Shown: positions 1 through 9,137, counted from the stretch's first letter. The stretch is 64,000 bases of DNA from an uncultured Microbacterium sp. (GCF_900078385.1 NZ_FLQR01000012.1:39003-103002); one strand, 5' to 3'. Made by a program: numbers and translations. The notes: generated by a model not told the origin, from the letters alone.

Positions 1-1
1 C

Positions 2-1519
2 ACCATCGACCCGACGCTCGAGCTGGGCGACGACCTGCGCCAGCGCGGCGACGTGACGGCGCTCCGGGTGCGGACCAACGCGCCCGCGCTGCCGTACCTG
101 CGTGCGACAACGCTGTCGAGCTTCGACGGCGCGGTGTGGCGTCCCGATCGCCTGCGGTCGGTGCCGCTCGGCGAGTCCACGTTCGACGACGTGCGGGCCG
201 ATGAGGACATCCGGGTCACCGAGTACCGCACGAACGTGACGATCGACCAGCTGTCGTCGGCGTACCTCCCGGTGGCCTTCCCGGCCGTCGCCGTCGACGG
301 CCTCGAGGGCATCTGGCGCGCTGTGCCGTACAGCCGCACCGTCCAGACACCGCAGAGCAACACGCTCGGGCAGCGGTACGAGATCGTCACGCACGTGCCG
401 CGACCGACGCTCGAGCAGATCCGCGGCGCCGAGGCGCGACTGGTGGGCAGCAACATCGTGCTGGACGCCGCACCCGACGGCATCCCGGAGATCATCGAGG
501 CGACGGCGCGCGAGGTGACGGCCGAGGCGACCAACGACTTCGATCGGCTGTCCGCGCTGCAGTCCTGGTTCCGTGGGCGCGACTTCAGCTACTCGCTGCT
601 GTCCCCCGTCCAGGACGGGTTCGACGGGACCGGCGCCGATGCGATCGCGCAGTTCCTCCAGGTGCGGGAGGGCTACTGCATCCACTTCGCGGCCGCGTTC
701 GCGCTCATGGCCCGCACGCTCGAGATGCCCTCGCGGATCGTCGTGGGCTTCCTTCCGGGCAGCCTCACGAACGAGCGCGAGGAGGACCAGCGCATCGCCG
801 AGGTGAAGACGAGCCAGCTGCACGCCTGGCCGGAGGTGTACTTCGAGGGGATCGGCTGGATCGCGTTCGAGCCGACCAAGAGCCTCGGCGACGTGCCGCG
901 GTTCCTGCCTGCCGCGATCGCGGGCGTCGACGACGACGGTGAGGATGTCGCGGGTCCGCGGCCGACGACGACGCCCACGGCGTCTCCCGCGGCCACGCCG
1001 CTGAACCCCGAATTCAACGACGGTGCCTCGTCGGGCGCCGGGAGCGTGCAGCTCGTCGACCTGCGGCCGTACCTCGCGACCATCGCGGTGGTCCTGGTGC
1101 TGTCGGTGACGCCGACGGCGCTGCGGGCCCTCCGGCTGCGGATGCTGTCGCGCCGCGCGCGCGCGGGCGACATCACGGCGGCGTGGCGGATCGTGCAGGA
1201 CGTCGCGATCGACCTCGGTGCCGCCGTGCCGGCATCCGAGTCGCCGCGCGCGTTCGGGATGCGGCTGATGGAGTCGCACGGCGCTCCCCCCGGCGAAATG
1301 CGACGGCTCGTCAACGCCGTCGAGCATGCGAGCTACGCGCGCGCCGGCGCCGTCGAGGTGGCCGAGCGTGCGGCGGAGGACGCCGAGAAGATCCGCGTGG
1401 CGATGCTGGATGCCGCGCCGGCGGCATCGCGCGCGAAGGCGCGGGCGCTCATGCTGCCGCGGTCGCTGATCATCCGGCCGGGCTCGGCGTTCGCGGACCG
1501 CGTCGCCCCGGTGGCGTAG
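2..1519 (+). CDS. Transglutaminase-like (TgpA/DUF3488-type) membrane protein, 5' truncated by window edge
   Basis: Frame is open from position 2 (TIDPTLELGDDLRQRGDV...). Contains GYCIHFAAAFALMAR...HAWPEVY...FEPT transglutaminase core, a TM segment and a DUF4129-like C-terminus. Confidence 0.85.
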   Translation, partial: TIDPTLELGDDLRQRGDVTALRVRTNAPALPYLRATTLSSFDGAVWRPDRLRSVPLGESTFDDVRADEDIRVTEYRTNVTIDQLSSAYLPVAFPAVAVDGLEGIWRAVPYSRTVQTPQSNTLGQRYEIVTHVPRPTLEQIRGAEARLVGSNIVLDAAPDGIPEIIEATAREVTAEATNDFDRLSALQSWFRGRDFSYSLLSPVQDGFDGTGADAIAQFLQVREGYCIHFAAAFALMARTLEMPSRIVVGFLPGSLTNEREEDQRIAEVKTSQLHAWPEVYFEGIGWIAFEPTKSLGDVPRFLPAAIAGVDDDGEDVAGPRPTTTPTASPAATPLNPEFNDGASSGAGSVQLVDLRPYLATIAVVLVLSVTPTALRALRLRMLSRRARAGDITAAWRIVQDVAIDLGAAVPASESPRAFGMRLMESHGAPPGEMRRLVNAVEHASYARAGAVEVAERAAEDAEKIRVAMLDAAPAASRAKARALMLPRSLIIRPGSAFADRVAPVA

Positions 1520-1556
1520 CCGGGCGCGGGCTCGGGCCGCGCGCCGGCGCGGGTTT

Positions 1557-1794
1557 CGCCCGCGCCAGATGGCGGGTGCGAGGCGCCACCACCCGCCGGT
1601 CGGCGCGGGTGAACGAAGCGCCCAAAGTTCGCCCGCGTCACATTGCGGGTGCGCGGCGCCACGACCCGCAATTCGGCGCGGGTGAACGAAGCACCCAGGA
1701 GTCGCCCGCCGTGGTGCACCGCGCAATCGGCGCTCGCCCGCGTCACATGGCGGGTGCGCGGCGCCACGACCCGCAATTCGGCGCGGGTGAACGA
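1557..1794. repeat. Three 60-bp palindromic REP-like units (1557-1616, 1630-1689, 1735-1794)
   Basis: Unit CGCCCGCGTCACAT(T/G)GCGGGTGCGCGGCGCCACGACCCGCAATTCGGCGCGGGTGAACGA; copies 2 and 3 differ at 1 nt, copy 1 is more diverged; nested inverted repeats. Confidence 0.85.
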
Positions 1795-1875
1795 TGGCCT
1801 CAGCCAGCCGACCGGGCGACGGGGCGCTGAGCCGCGCGCCCGAGGAGCGGTATCGGTGGCCGTTCCCGGAAACGC

Positions 1876-1910
1876 AGATGAGCGCCGCCCCTCGGGGACG
1901 ACGCTCATCT
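1876..1910 (-). terminator. Hairpin immediately downstream of tRNA-Ser, likely intrinsic terminator
   Basis: AGATGAGCG...CGCTCATCT 9-bp perfect stem with inner CCCC/GGGG pairing, 2 nt from the tRNA 3' end. Confidence 0.65.
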
Positions 1911-1912
1911 CG

Positions 1913-2004
1913 TGGCGGAAGTGACAGGATTTGAACCTGCGAGGCGAGTTACCCCGCCTACATGGATTCCAGCCATGCTCCTTAGGCCGCTCGGACACAC
2001 TTCC
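1913..2004 (-). tRNA. tRNA-Ser (anticodon GGA)
   Basis: Minus strand GGAAGTG...CACTTCC-G-CCA acceptor stem, anticodon arm CATGG-CT-GGA-AT-CCATG, long variable arm, T-loop GGTTCAAATCC, encoded CCA. Confidence 0.95.
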
Positions 2005-2257
2005 AACGGACGATCCTACCAGAGCGACACCGGCTCCCTTCTCGCCGGACGCCGGGTGCTGGCCACGGGCAACGACGGCGGCCGGCGCTCGGTGACAGGT
2101 GCTGGGCGCTGAGGATGACGGTGGCCGGGGCACCGTGACGGGCGCCCGACGCCGGGCGGCGGGCGCAGATGGGACCGGCGCTCGGCCGGTCACGCCTGAC
2201 GCCCGGCGCCGAGACGGCCTGGGCCCCTCATGCCGTCGTGGCCGCCCCTGGCCCGCG

Positions 2258-3748
2258 TCAAGCCGCGCGCCAGCCGCCGCGGTCGGGCGGTGGATCCCAC
2301 GCCCACCGCACGGGCGACTTCGACCGGAGGACGGTGTCCTCCGCCGCCCTTCCCTGCCGGTCCCCTGCCCTTCCGCGCGGAGGATGGAGGACGAACGGGC
2401 CGGCGCCCTCGCGGCTGATCTTCCACCCCTGGTTGTGAAGCAGCAGGTGGTGGAAACGGCAGAGCAGCACGCCGCGGTCGATGTCGGTCCGACCGTGGTC
2501 CTCGGCCCAGTGGTCCGCATGATGCGCCTCGCAATACGACGGCGGCCGATCGCATCCGGGCCAGAGGCACCCGCCGTCGCGGACGGCGAGCGCCATCCGC
2601 TGCTTCCCGGAGAAGAGTCGCTGCTCGCGCCCCACATCGAGAGGGTTGCCGCATCCGTCGACGGTCACGACGACGGATCCGGTGTCGCACAGCGCCCGAT
2701 CGAGCACCGACCCGGGAACCGCATCGCCGCCATCCTCGACGTGTCCGACGGCGAGGAGGCGACCGAACGGGTCGCGGGGGCCGACGGCATCCTTCACCAC
2801 GACAAGTCGGACTCCCGGCTGTCGCGCCCCGAACACATCCTCGGTGGACGCGAGGGCACCGGCCCGCAGGATGTCCATCATCAAGTCGTACGTCAGCTGC
2901 TCGTTGGTGCGCGGATCGTTCACGAGATCGTCCGCCTGCGTCCGCTCGGCGTCGGTCATGAAGCGCGGACCGCCGCGGCGCGGACGCAGCGCAGCATCCG
3001 TGATCGACTGCACCCACGCATAGGCCTCGTCGTCGAAGTCGATGCGGGCGTGGTGGACGCCGTCCGCATCCGTCCACGTGCGGAAGCCGCGGCCTGCGAA
3101 CCGCGGCGCGAACCTCTCTTCGGCACCCACCGGATCGAGCACATCGCGGACCGCGCGGGCGCGCTTAGCGAGCTCCTCCACCGGCATGCCGGGCGCTTCC
3201 TCCGTCAGCTGCTGTGCCGCGATCGCCCAGACCTCCGCCGCGCCGGCGCAGTCCCGCGGGTCACCGAGACCGCGCCGGATGGCGTCGTGCTGTGCCGCCG
3301 TCACCGTCCCGCAGAGCATCGCATCGCGCAGGCCCCTATGCCACACGAACGGCGGCGCCACCGCCCCATCACCGGGCCCCGCTTCGGGCCCCGCATCCGG
3401 GTCGGCCGGCGGGCCTTCCAGCAGAGCCGCCCCGACGCGCACTGTCCGACTCGCCTCTCCCCTCGAGCCGCCCGTGATCTCCTGGACCAGGGTCACCGGC
3501 GACCGGTGCCCGAGCGTGCCGGCGAGTCCGCCGTGCGGGGCGGCCGACCGCTCTGCGATCACCCCCGCGACCGCGACCCGGAGCCGCTCCGCACATCCGA
3601 TGAGCGCAGACGCCTCCTCGAGGAGCGCGATGACAGCATCATCCGGCATCTCTCGCAGCGCCGCCGGCAGGGCGGCCGACTCGACGTCGAGCGCGCCATG
3701 ACCGGCGACGGTCTCCGCCCTCGACGCCAGCTCCGCGAGAAATCTCAT
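2258..3748 (-). CDS. DUF222 + HNH endonuclease (13E12-repeat family)
   Basis: C-terminal RDGGCLWPGC...CEAHH...GRTDIDRGVLLCRFHHLLLH HNH motif after a long helical DUF222-like region. Confidence 0.9.
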   Translation of the reverse strand: MRFLAELASRAETVAGHGALDVESAALPAALREMPDDAVIALLEEASALIGCAERLRVAVAGVIAERSAAPHGGLAGTLGHRSPVTLVQEITGGSRGEASRTVRVGAALLEGPPADPDAGPEAGPGDGAVAPPFVWHRGLRDAMLCGTVTAAQHDAIRRGLGDPRDCAGAAEVWAIAAQQLTEEAPGMPVEELAKRARAVRDVLDPVGAEERFAPRFAGRGFRTWTDADGVHHARIDFDDEAYAWVQSITDAALRPRRGGPRFMTDAERTQADDLVNDPRTNEQLTYDLMMDILRAGALASTEDVFGARQPGVRLVVVKDAVGPRDPFGRLLAVGHVEDGGDAVPGSVLDRALCDTGSVVVTVDGCGNPLDVGREQRLFSGKQRMALAVRDGGCLWPGCDRPPSYCEAHHADHWAEDHGRTDIDRGVLLCRFHHLLLHNQGWKISREGAGPFVLHPPRGRAGDRQGRAAEDTVLRSKSPVRWAWDPPPDRGGWRAA

Positions 3749-3754
3749 ACCGTC

Positions 3755-3785
3755 ATTCTGACGCGACCATCGGACATTTGTTCGA
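3755..3785 (-). promoter_or_regulatory. LexA (SOS) box overlapping a PafBC-like leaderless promoter of the DUF222-HNH gene
   Basis: 3770-3785 TCGGACATTTGTTCGA is 1 mismatch from TCGAAC-N4-GTTCGA; minus strand TGTCCG-N10-CAGAAT lies 6 nt before the ATG. Confidence 0.7.
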
Positions 3786-3844
3786 ATGGTTCACGCCTCT
3801 GTGGACGACACCGATGAGTTGACCGATGTGGAGGAAGCGGCGTC

Positions 3845-3881
3845 TTGACGAATATCACCCCGAGGGATAAATATATCCCTC
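3845..3881 (+). promoter_or_regulatory. Promoter with palindromic operator upstream of PadR operon
   Basis: TTGACG at 3845-3850; perfect inverted repeat GAGGGATA-aata-TATCCCTC at 3862-3881 covering the -10 region. Confidence 0.6.
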
Positions 3882-3922
3882 AGAGAGATACATCTGTCGA
3901 TCGCGAGAGCAGGACGCACCGC

Positions 3923-4462
3923 ATGCCATACGTCATCCTGGGCCTGCTCCTCACCGGTCCCCTGTCGCTGTACGACCTGCGCAAGCGGTTCGGGGCGGGC
4001 ATCTCGCTTTTCTACAGCGCGAGTTTCGGGGCTCTCCAGCGGGCGCTCCGGCAACTCGTCGAGCAGGGCGACGTCACGGTCGCCGACGCCGCGGGCGCGG
4101 GACGCCCGAAGAAGCTCTACACGGTCACGCCGGCCGGTCGCGAACGCTGGCGCGCGTGGATGCGGGAGCCGATCGCGCCGGGCGCGGACGCCGAGACCAC
4201 ACTCCTCGCCAAGGTGTACCTGCTCGGGCGCCTCGACGATCCGGGTGATCGGCGGTTCGTGCTCGATCGCGTCCGCGAGCGGGCAGCGAGCGCCATGGAC
4301 GACCTCACCGGTCTCGCGACCCAAGTGGATGCCGCGGCCGCCGCCGTCCCCGACGACAGCCGCCTCGCCTTCGAGTACCAGCGCGCGACGCTCGACTACG
4401 GGCTCCGCGCCCACGCGCTCATGCTCGCCTGGACAGAGGAACTGCGGGGGCAGGCGTCATGA
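3923..4462 (+). CDS. PadR family transcriptional regulator
   Basis: MPYVILGLLLTGPLSLYDL...SFGALQRALRQL...GRPKKLYTVTPAGRE PadR wHTH; start taken at ATG 3923. Confidence 0.9.
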   Translation: MPYVILGLLLTGPLSLYDLRKRFGAGISLFYSASFGALQRALRQLVEQGDVTVADAAGAGRPKKLYTVTPAGRERWRAWMREPIAPGADAETTLLAKVYLLGRLDDPGDRRFVLDRVRERAASAMDDLTGLATQVDAAAAAVPDDSRLAFEYQRATLDYGLRAHALMLAWTEELRGQAS

Positions 4463-4761
4463 GCACACCGCAGCAGCATCCGCAGAGCCGCGTGCGGGTG
4501 CTCTACTCGCTCGCGGCCGCCGCCTCGCTCGTCGTCGCGGTGATCTTCGTCACCATCGGCGACGGCGTCGACGTCCCCGAGGCGACGGGGCTTCGCGCGA
4601 TCATCGTCGACGGCGGCCACACGGCGGTCTGGGTGCTCCTCACCATCGCCTTCGCGATCGCCGCGGTGCGCGGCTCGTGGGTCCGCGCGGCGGGCGCCAT
4701 CGCGGTCGCGGCCGGCGTCCTGTATGCCCTCTTCCTCGTGGCGGTGTTCCTGTGGCGGTGA
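4459..4761 (+). CDS. Small membrane protein (3 TM)
   Basis: ATGA overlap with padR stop; hydrophobic segments. Confidence 0.7.
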   Translation: MSTPQQHPQSRVRVLYSLAAAASLVVAVIFVTIGDGVDVPEATGLRAIIVDGGHTAVWVLLTIAFAIAAVRGSWVRAAGAIAVAAGVLYALFLVAVFLWR

Positions 4762-5129
4762 TCGCCGCGGCTGTGGCGGTCGCGATCCTCACGGGCCTTG
4801 CCGTCCTCCAGGTCTGCGTCGCGGCCGGCGCGCCGTGGGGCCGCTTCGTATGGGGTGGCCGACATCGCGTCCTCCCCCGCCGTCTGCGCATCGGCAGCGC
4901 CGTGTCGGTGCTGCTCTACGCCGTCTTCGCCGCGATCCTGCTCGCTCGCGCCGGCGTCCTCCCCGGCTGCACGTCACCCGTCGTCGTGGTCGCCACCTGG
5001 GTGCTGTTCGGCTACTTCGCCCTCGGCATCCTCATGAACCTCGCATCCCGAAGTCCCGCCGAACGCTGGACGATGGCTCCGGCCTGCGTCGTCCTCGCCG
5101 TGCTCACCGCGGTCGTGGCGCTCTCCTGA
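4758..5129 (+). CDS. Small membrane protein (4 TM)
   Basis: GTGA overlap with previous stop; LQVCVAAGAPWGRFVWGG...RRLRIGS...NLASRSPAERW pattern of a common actinobacterial membrane family. Confidence 0.75.
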   Translation: MIAAAVAVAILTGLAVLQVCVAAGAPWGRFVWGGRHRVLPRRLRIGSAVSVLLYAVFAAILLARAGVLPGCTSPVVVVATWVLFGYFALGILMNLASRSPAERWTMAPACVVLAVLTAVVALS

Positions 5130-5188
5130 GCCGGCCTCGCACCCAGCACCGCGACCGGAACCCCGCCCACCGGAACTAGGCTCGTCCC

Positions 5189-6235
5189 GTGACCACCGCA
5201 TCCCCCCTGGTCCTCGTGGCCAACGCCGGCGACGGCTCGATCAGCACGTTCCGCCTGACCCACGGCCGGCTCGCGCGCCTCGCCGTCACCGACGGCCTGC
5301 CCGGCACCTCGACCTTCGTCGTCGACGCCGAGCGCGACCTCGTCTACGCCGCGGTCAAGGGCGACGTCCCCGGCATCCTGACCCTCGCCCTCGACCGAGA
5401 GTCGGGTCGCCTCACGCCGCGCAGCAGGCGAGATCTTCCCGCCGGGGGGATGAACTACCTCGCGCTCACCCGCGGCGGCACCGCCCTGCTCGGGGCGTCG
5501 TACGGCGGCGGCTACGGCATCCTCGCCCCCGTCGTGGACGGCACGGTCGGCGAGCCGACGAGCACGATCTCGTACCCGCGCCTGCACTCCGTCCTCCCCA
5601 GCGCCGACGGACGCTTCGCGTACTTCGTCTCCCTCGGCGCCGACCTCGTCGCGCAGTATGCGATCGACGGCACGACCGGCAGCGACCTCGCGCTCACCCC
5701 GCTCGACCCCGCGACGGTCGCATGCCCCGCCGGCAGCGGTCCGCGTCACCTCGTGCTCAACGACGCGCAGGATGCCGTCTACGTCCTCACGGAGTTCTCC
5801 GCCGAGGTTCTCCACTTCGCCCGCAGCACCGACGACGGCACATTGACCCCGCAGGACAAGGTCACCGCCCACGACACGACGAAGGGCCTCGCGCACAGCG
5901 TCATCGACGAGGACCCGCTCGCACACCATTACATCTGGGGCGCCGACATCCACTTCGGTGACGGCGGCCGGCGACTCTGGGCGTCCGAGCGCACCGAGAA
6001 CACGCTCGGCTCCGTCGCGGTGGCAGCCGACGGCTCACTCACCCCCGCCGACCGCTTCACCGTCACCGAGACGCAGCCGCGCGGCTTCGCGCTCAGCCGC
6101 GACGGCGCCTACCTCGTGGCGGCCGGCGAGAAGTCGACCACCGTCTCCCTGTACGACGTGGATGCCGATCGGCTCGAGCTCCGGCAGCAGGCCGAGACCG
6201 GTACGGGCGCGAACTGGGTCCGCTTCGTCGAGTGA
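5189..6235 (+). CDS. pgl: 6-phosphogluconolactonase-like 7-bladed beta-propeller (lactonase family)
   Basis: GSGPRH, HSVLPSADGRF, ADIH, ETQPRGFALS, GANWV motifs. Confidence 0.8.
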   Translation: MTTASPLVLVANAGDGSISTFRLTHGRLARLAVTDGLPGTSTFVVDAERDLVYAAVKGDVPGILTLALDRESGRLTPRSRRDLPAGGMNYLALTRGGTALLGASYGGGYGILAPVVDGTVGEPTSTISYPRLHSVLPSADGRFAYFVSLGADLVAQYAIDGTTGSDLALTPLDPATVACPAGSGPRHLVLNDAQDAVYVLTEFSAEVLHFARSTDDGTLTPQDKVTAHDTTKGLAHSVIDEDPLAHHYIWGADIHFGDGGRRLWASERTENTLGSVAVAADGSLTPADRFTVTETQPRGFALSRDGAYLVAAGEKSTTVSLYDVDADRLELRQQAETGTGANWVRFVE

Positions 6236-6344
6236 CCTCGCGGTGAGCCCTCGGCTCAGGAAATCGACGAGCCCCACGCCGGCCGAACTGTACTGATTCG
6301 CGGTCGACACGTCGCGCCGCCACATGGCGTCGAAGATCGCGCGC

Positions 6345-8072
6345 TCAGTGCCCCGCGCCACCGGGTCGGCGCTGCAGGCGCGTCTCCTCCTGGTCGAGCA
6401 TCACCTGCGCCTCGGCGAGGATCCGCGAGGGGTAGACGCCGGCGGCGCGCAGCTCGAGCATCTTCTCCCGCTCCGCTCCCACGATGGCGAGCCGCAGCTC
6501 GCGGAAGACGCGGTGCGGCGTCTCACTGGCTGTTCCGCCCCGGCCGGCACGCTCCCACGCGGCTTCCGTGTTGAGGAACGAGGACTGGCGGGCCCGCTCG
6601 ACGACCTCGGGGTCGAGGGAGTCGCCGCGGGCGGCGACCTCCTCGTCGAGGGCGTCGAGGCCTGCCACGCTGAGCGTCTCGAGCAGCTGCGCGAAGTCCT
6701 TGCGGTCTTCCGTGGCGTCGATCCCCTGCACGCCCAGGAGCTTGATCACCCACGGGAGCGTCCCGCCCTGCAGCAGGATGCTGACGACGGCGACGGTGAA
6801 CGCGATGAGGATGAGCTGCGGACGGTACGGCGTCTCCTCCGGGAGGGACTGCGCCGCCGCGAGGGTCACCACACCCCGCATGCCCGACCAGCCCAGCACG
6901 ACTCCCCCGCGCCAGTCGATGTGCTCCTGCCGCTGCGTCTCGAGGTCGGCTCGGCGGCGGGTGTAGTCGCGCTCCAGGCGGTTGCGCGCGAGCGCTTGGC
7001 GCCGTGACTTCATCGGATGGCTCCGGAAGTAGTAGAGCGCGAGCAGCGATCGGTAGGTCTGCTTCTCGGCACGCCGTGCGCGGCGGCCGAGCGCGTAGAC
7101 GAGCGGACCGATCCACAGATACCGGATGGCGACCAGGGCGAGGGTCGCGAGCAGTCCGATGCCGATCGAGTCCCACACGCCGAGCACGGTCGGGTCGACG
7201 TCGCCGATGAGGGTGCGGATCTCGAGTCCGATGAGCAGGAAGACGCCGTTCTCCAGGAGGAACTGGATCGTCCGCCAGTTGATGCGGTCGCTGATCCGCG
7301 ACTGCGGCGAGAACTTCGCCGGTGCCGCATGACCGGTGTAGAGGCCCGCGACGACGACGGCGAGGATCCCGGAGGCGTGCAGCTGCTCGGCCGGGACGAA
7401 GGCGATGAAGGGCACGGCGATCGACAGCGCCGTGTCGAGCACGGGGTCGGACAGCTTCGAGCGCACCCACACGGTCACCCAGCCCGTGATCAATCCGACG
7501 ACGATCGCGATCGCGACGGCGTAGCAGAAGTCCGCGACGCCCGCCCACGGCGAGGCGAGCCCGCCGGCGGCGGCGGCGACGGCTGACCGGAGCAGCACGA
7601 GAGCCGTCGCATCGTTGACGAGGCCCTCGCCCTCGAGCACGGTGAGCAGTCGGGGCGGCAGGCCGAGGCGGCGCCCGATCGAGGTCGCCGCGACGGCATC
7701 CGGTGGGCTGATGATGGCACCCAGCGCGACGGCGGCGGCGAAGTTCAGATCCGGCAGCAGCAGGTACAGGAGCCCACCCGTCGCGAAGGCCGTGACGATG
7801 ACGAGCACGACGGACAGGCTCGCGATCGGTGCAAGGTTCCGCCGGAAATCGATGATCGGCACGCTGATCGCCGCCGCATACAGGATCGGCGGGAGGAGTC
7901 CGTCGAGGATGATCTCGTGCGGCACCTCGATCTCGGGTACCCCCGGGAGGTAGGACAGGGCGACACCGGCGACGACGAGGATGATGGGCGCGGCGACACC
8001 GAGCTTCTTCGAAAAGGCGGCCACGCCGACGATGATGGCGACCGCCACGACCGCGTACACACCGATTTCCAT
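6345..8072 (-). CDS. CPA1 family Na+/H+ antiporter with cytoplasmic C-terminal domain
   Basis: LLPPILY, GAIISPPDAVA, EGEGLVNDATAL, WSGMRGVVTLAAA motifs. Confidence 0.9.
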   Translation of the reverse strand: MEIGVYAVVAVAIIVGVAAFSKKLGVAAPIILVVAGVALSYLPGVPEIEVPHEIILDGLLPPILYAAAISVPIIDFRRNLAPIASLSVVLVIVTAFATGGLLYLLLPDLNFAAAVALGAIISPPDAVAATSIGRRLGLPPRLLTVLEGEGLVNDATALVLLRSAVAAAAGGLASPWAGVADFCYAVAIAIVVGLITGWVTVWVRSKLSDPVLDTALSIAVPFIAFVPAEQLHASGILAVVVAGLYTGHAAPAKFSPQSRISDRINWRTIQFLLENGVFLLIGLEIRTLIGDVDPTVLGVWDSIGIGLLATLALVAIRYLWIGPLVYALGRRARRAEKQTYRSLLALYYFRSHPMKSRRQALARNRLERDYTRRRADLETQRQEHIDWRGGVVLGWSGMRGVVTLAAAQSLPEETPYRPQLILIAFTVAVVSILLQGGTLPWVIKLLGVQGIDATEDRKDFAQLLETLSVAGLDALDEEVAARGDSLDPEVVERARQSSFLNTEAAWERAGRGGTASETPHRVFRELRLAIVGAEREKMLELRAAGVYPSRILAEAQVMLDQEETRLQRRPGGAGH

Positions 8073-8188
8073 TGTGGCCAGACTATCGGCCCGTTGCCGC
8101 GCGGCCCCGGGCTCGCGGCCTCGACGGCTGTCCCGACTCCCTCCTAGGCTGGCCCCGCTGACTTCCCCCGGACAGCAGAGGAGACGCG

Positions 8189-9127
8189 ATGGCGAGCGAG
8201 ACCACCACCGAGGACCCGACCAGGACCGCTCCCCGGCGCGACGTCGCCCGCTGGCTCTTCCTGCCGATGGGCGCCGCCGCCGCCCTGTTCGGGATGCTCC
8301 CCTGGCTCGCGACCGGTGCCGGGCTGCCGCTGCAGAACCTCTGGGAGGGCGCGCCGGGCGATGCCCCCTTCGTCCTGCTGCCGTTCAGCCAGTACGCGGT
8401 CAGCCTGATCGCCGCACTGCTGATCGTCGGAGCGCTGGCCGCCGGAGTCGTCGGACGTGCGCTTCGCGCGGCCACCGCGAAGGGCGCCACCGCGCTGCTC
8501 CTCGTCGGGGTCGTCGTCGTGCAGCTGGTCGCGGTCGCGCAGACCGCGGCCACCGTGCACGCCGGCCTGCAGGTGGGCGAGGAGGCGACCGTCTACGTCG
8601 TCGGACTCACCGCCGGTGCTGTGTTCATCGTGCTCGTGGGCGTGTGCGCGCTGCTGCTTGTCGTCCGGGCTCCGCGCGGGGGCGCCCTCATTGGGCTCGT
8701 CATCGGCGCGATCGCGTTGGGGCCGTGGACCTCGGCGCTCATCGTGCCGTTCGGCTCCGTGTCCGTCGAACCGCCGGCGGCGCTCGTCCTGACGCCCTGG
8801 ATCGCGCCTGTCCTGGCGGGCGCCGCGATCGCGTGGGCGGGCGTGGACTCGGTGGGCCGGGTCATCGCGGCCGTCGCGACGGTCATCGTGGTGTGGGTGG
8901 CGCCCGCTCTCCTCACCGGCGTCAGCAGCGCCCTCGGCACCCGTGTCTACGCGAACAGTCCGGGCGACATGCTCGACTACGGCGTCAACGTCTTCGGCAT
9001 GGCACTGCTGATCCCGGAGCTCGCGCTCCGCCCCATCCTGGCGACGGTGATCACGGCGGCGGTCGGGCTCGGCATCCGGATGCTGATCGCGCGGCGGTCG
9101 GACTCTCCGCATCCGGTGGCGAGCTGA
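8189..9127 (+). CDS. Hypothetical multi-pass membrane protein
   Basis: 312-aa ORF with about 9 hydrophobic segments and GC-rich codon bias. Confidence 0.7.
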   Translation: MASETTTEDPTRTAPRRDVARWLFLPMGAAAALFGMLPWLATGAGLPLQNLWEGAPGDAPFVLLPFSQYAVSLIAALLIVGALAAGVVGRALRAATAKGATALLLVGVVVVQLVAVAQTAATVHAGLQVGEEATVYVVGLTAGAVFIVLVGVCALLLVVRAPRGGALIGLVIGAIALGPWTSALIVPFGSVSVEPPAALVLTPWIAPVLAGAAIAWAGVDSVGRVIAAVATVIVVWVAPALLTGVSSALGTRVYANSPGDMLDYGVNVFGMALLIPELALRPILATVITAAVGLGIRMLIARRSDSPHPVAS

Positions 9128-9137
9128 CGAACGTCAC

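Noticed and set aside
1557-1794. Possible CRISPR array
   Set aside because: Units are 60 bp, the spacers are unequal (13 and 45 nt) and mutually similar, there are only three copies, and no cas genes are present
1912-2112. 66-aa ORF on the plus strand
   Set aside because: Antisense to the tRNA-Ser gene; artefact
1913-2260. Prophage/ICE integration at tRNA-Ser
   Set aside because: No integrase, and no duplicated tRNA 3' end (attR/attL) found elsewhere in the window
2099-3817. 572-aa plus-strand ORF
   Set aside because: Antisense shadow of the DUF222-HNH gene; typical of high-GC DNA, with no recognisable motifs
8129-8150. TGTCCC-N10-TAGGCT upstream of the 8189 membrane protein as a PafBC site
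   Set aside because: Two mismatches in the hexamer and not in the leaderless 6-nt geometry; plausible by chance, so not counted
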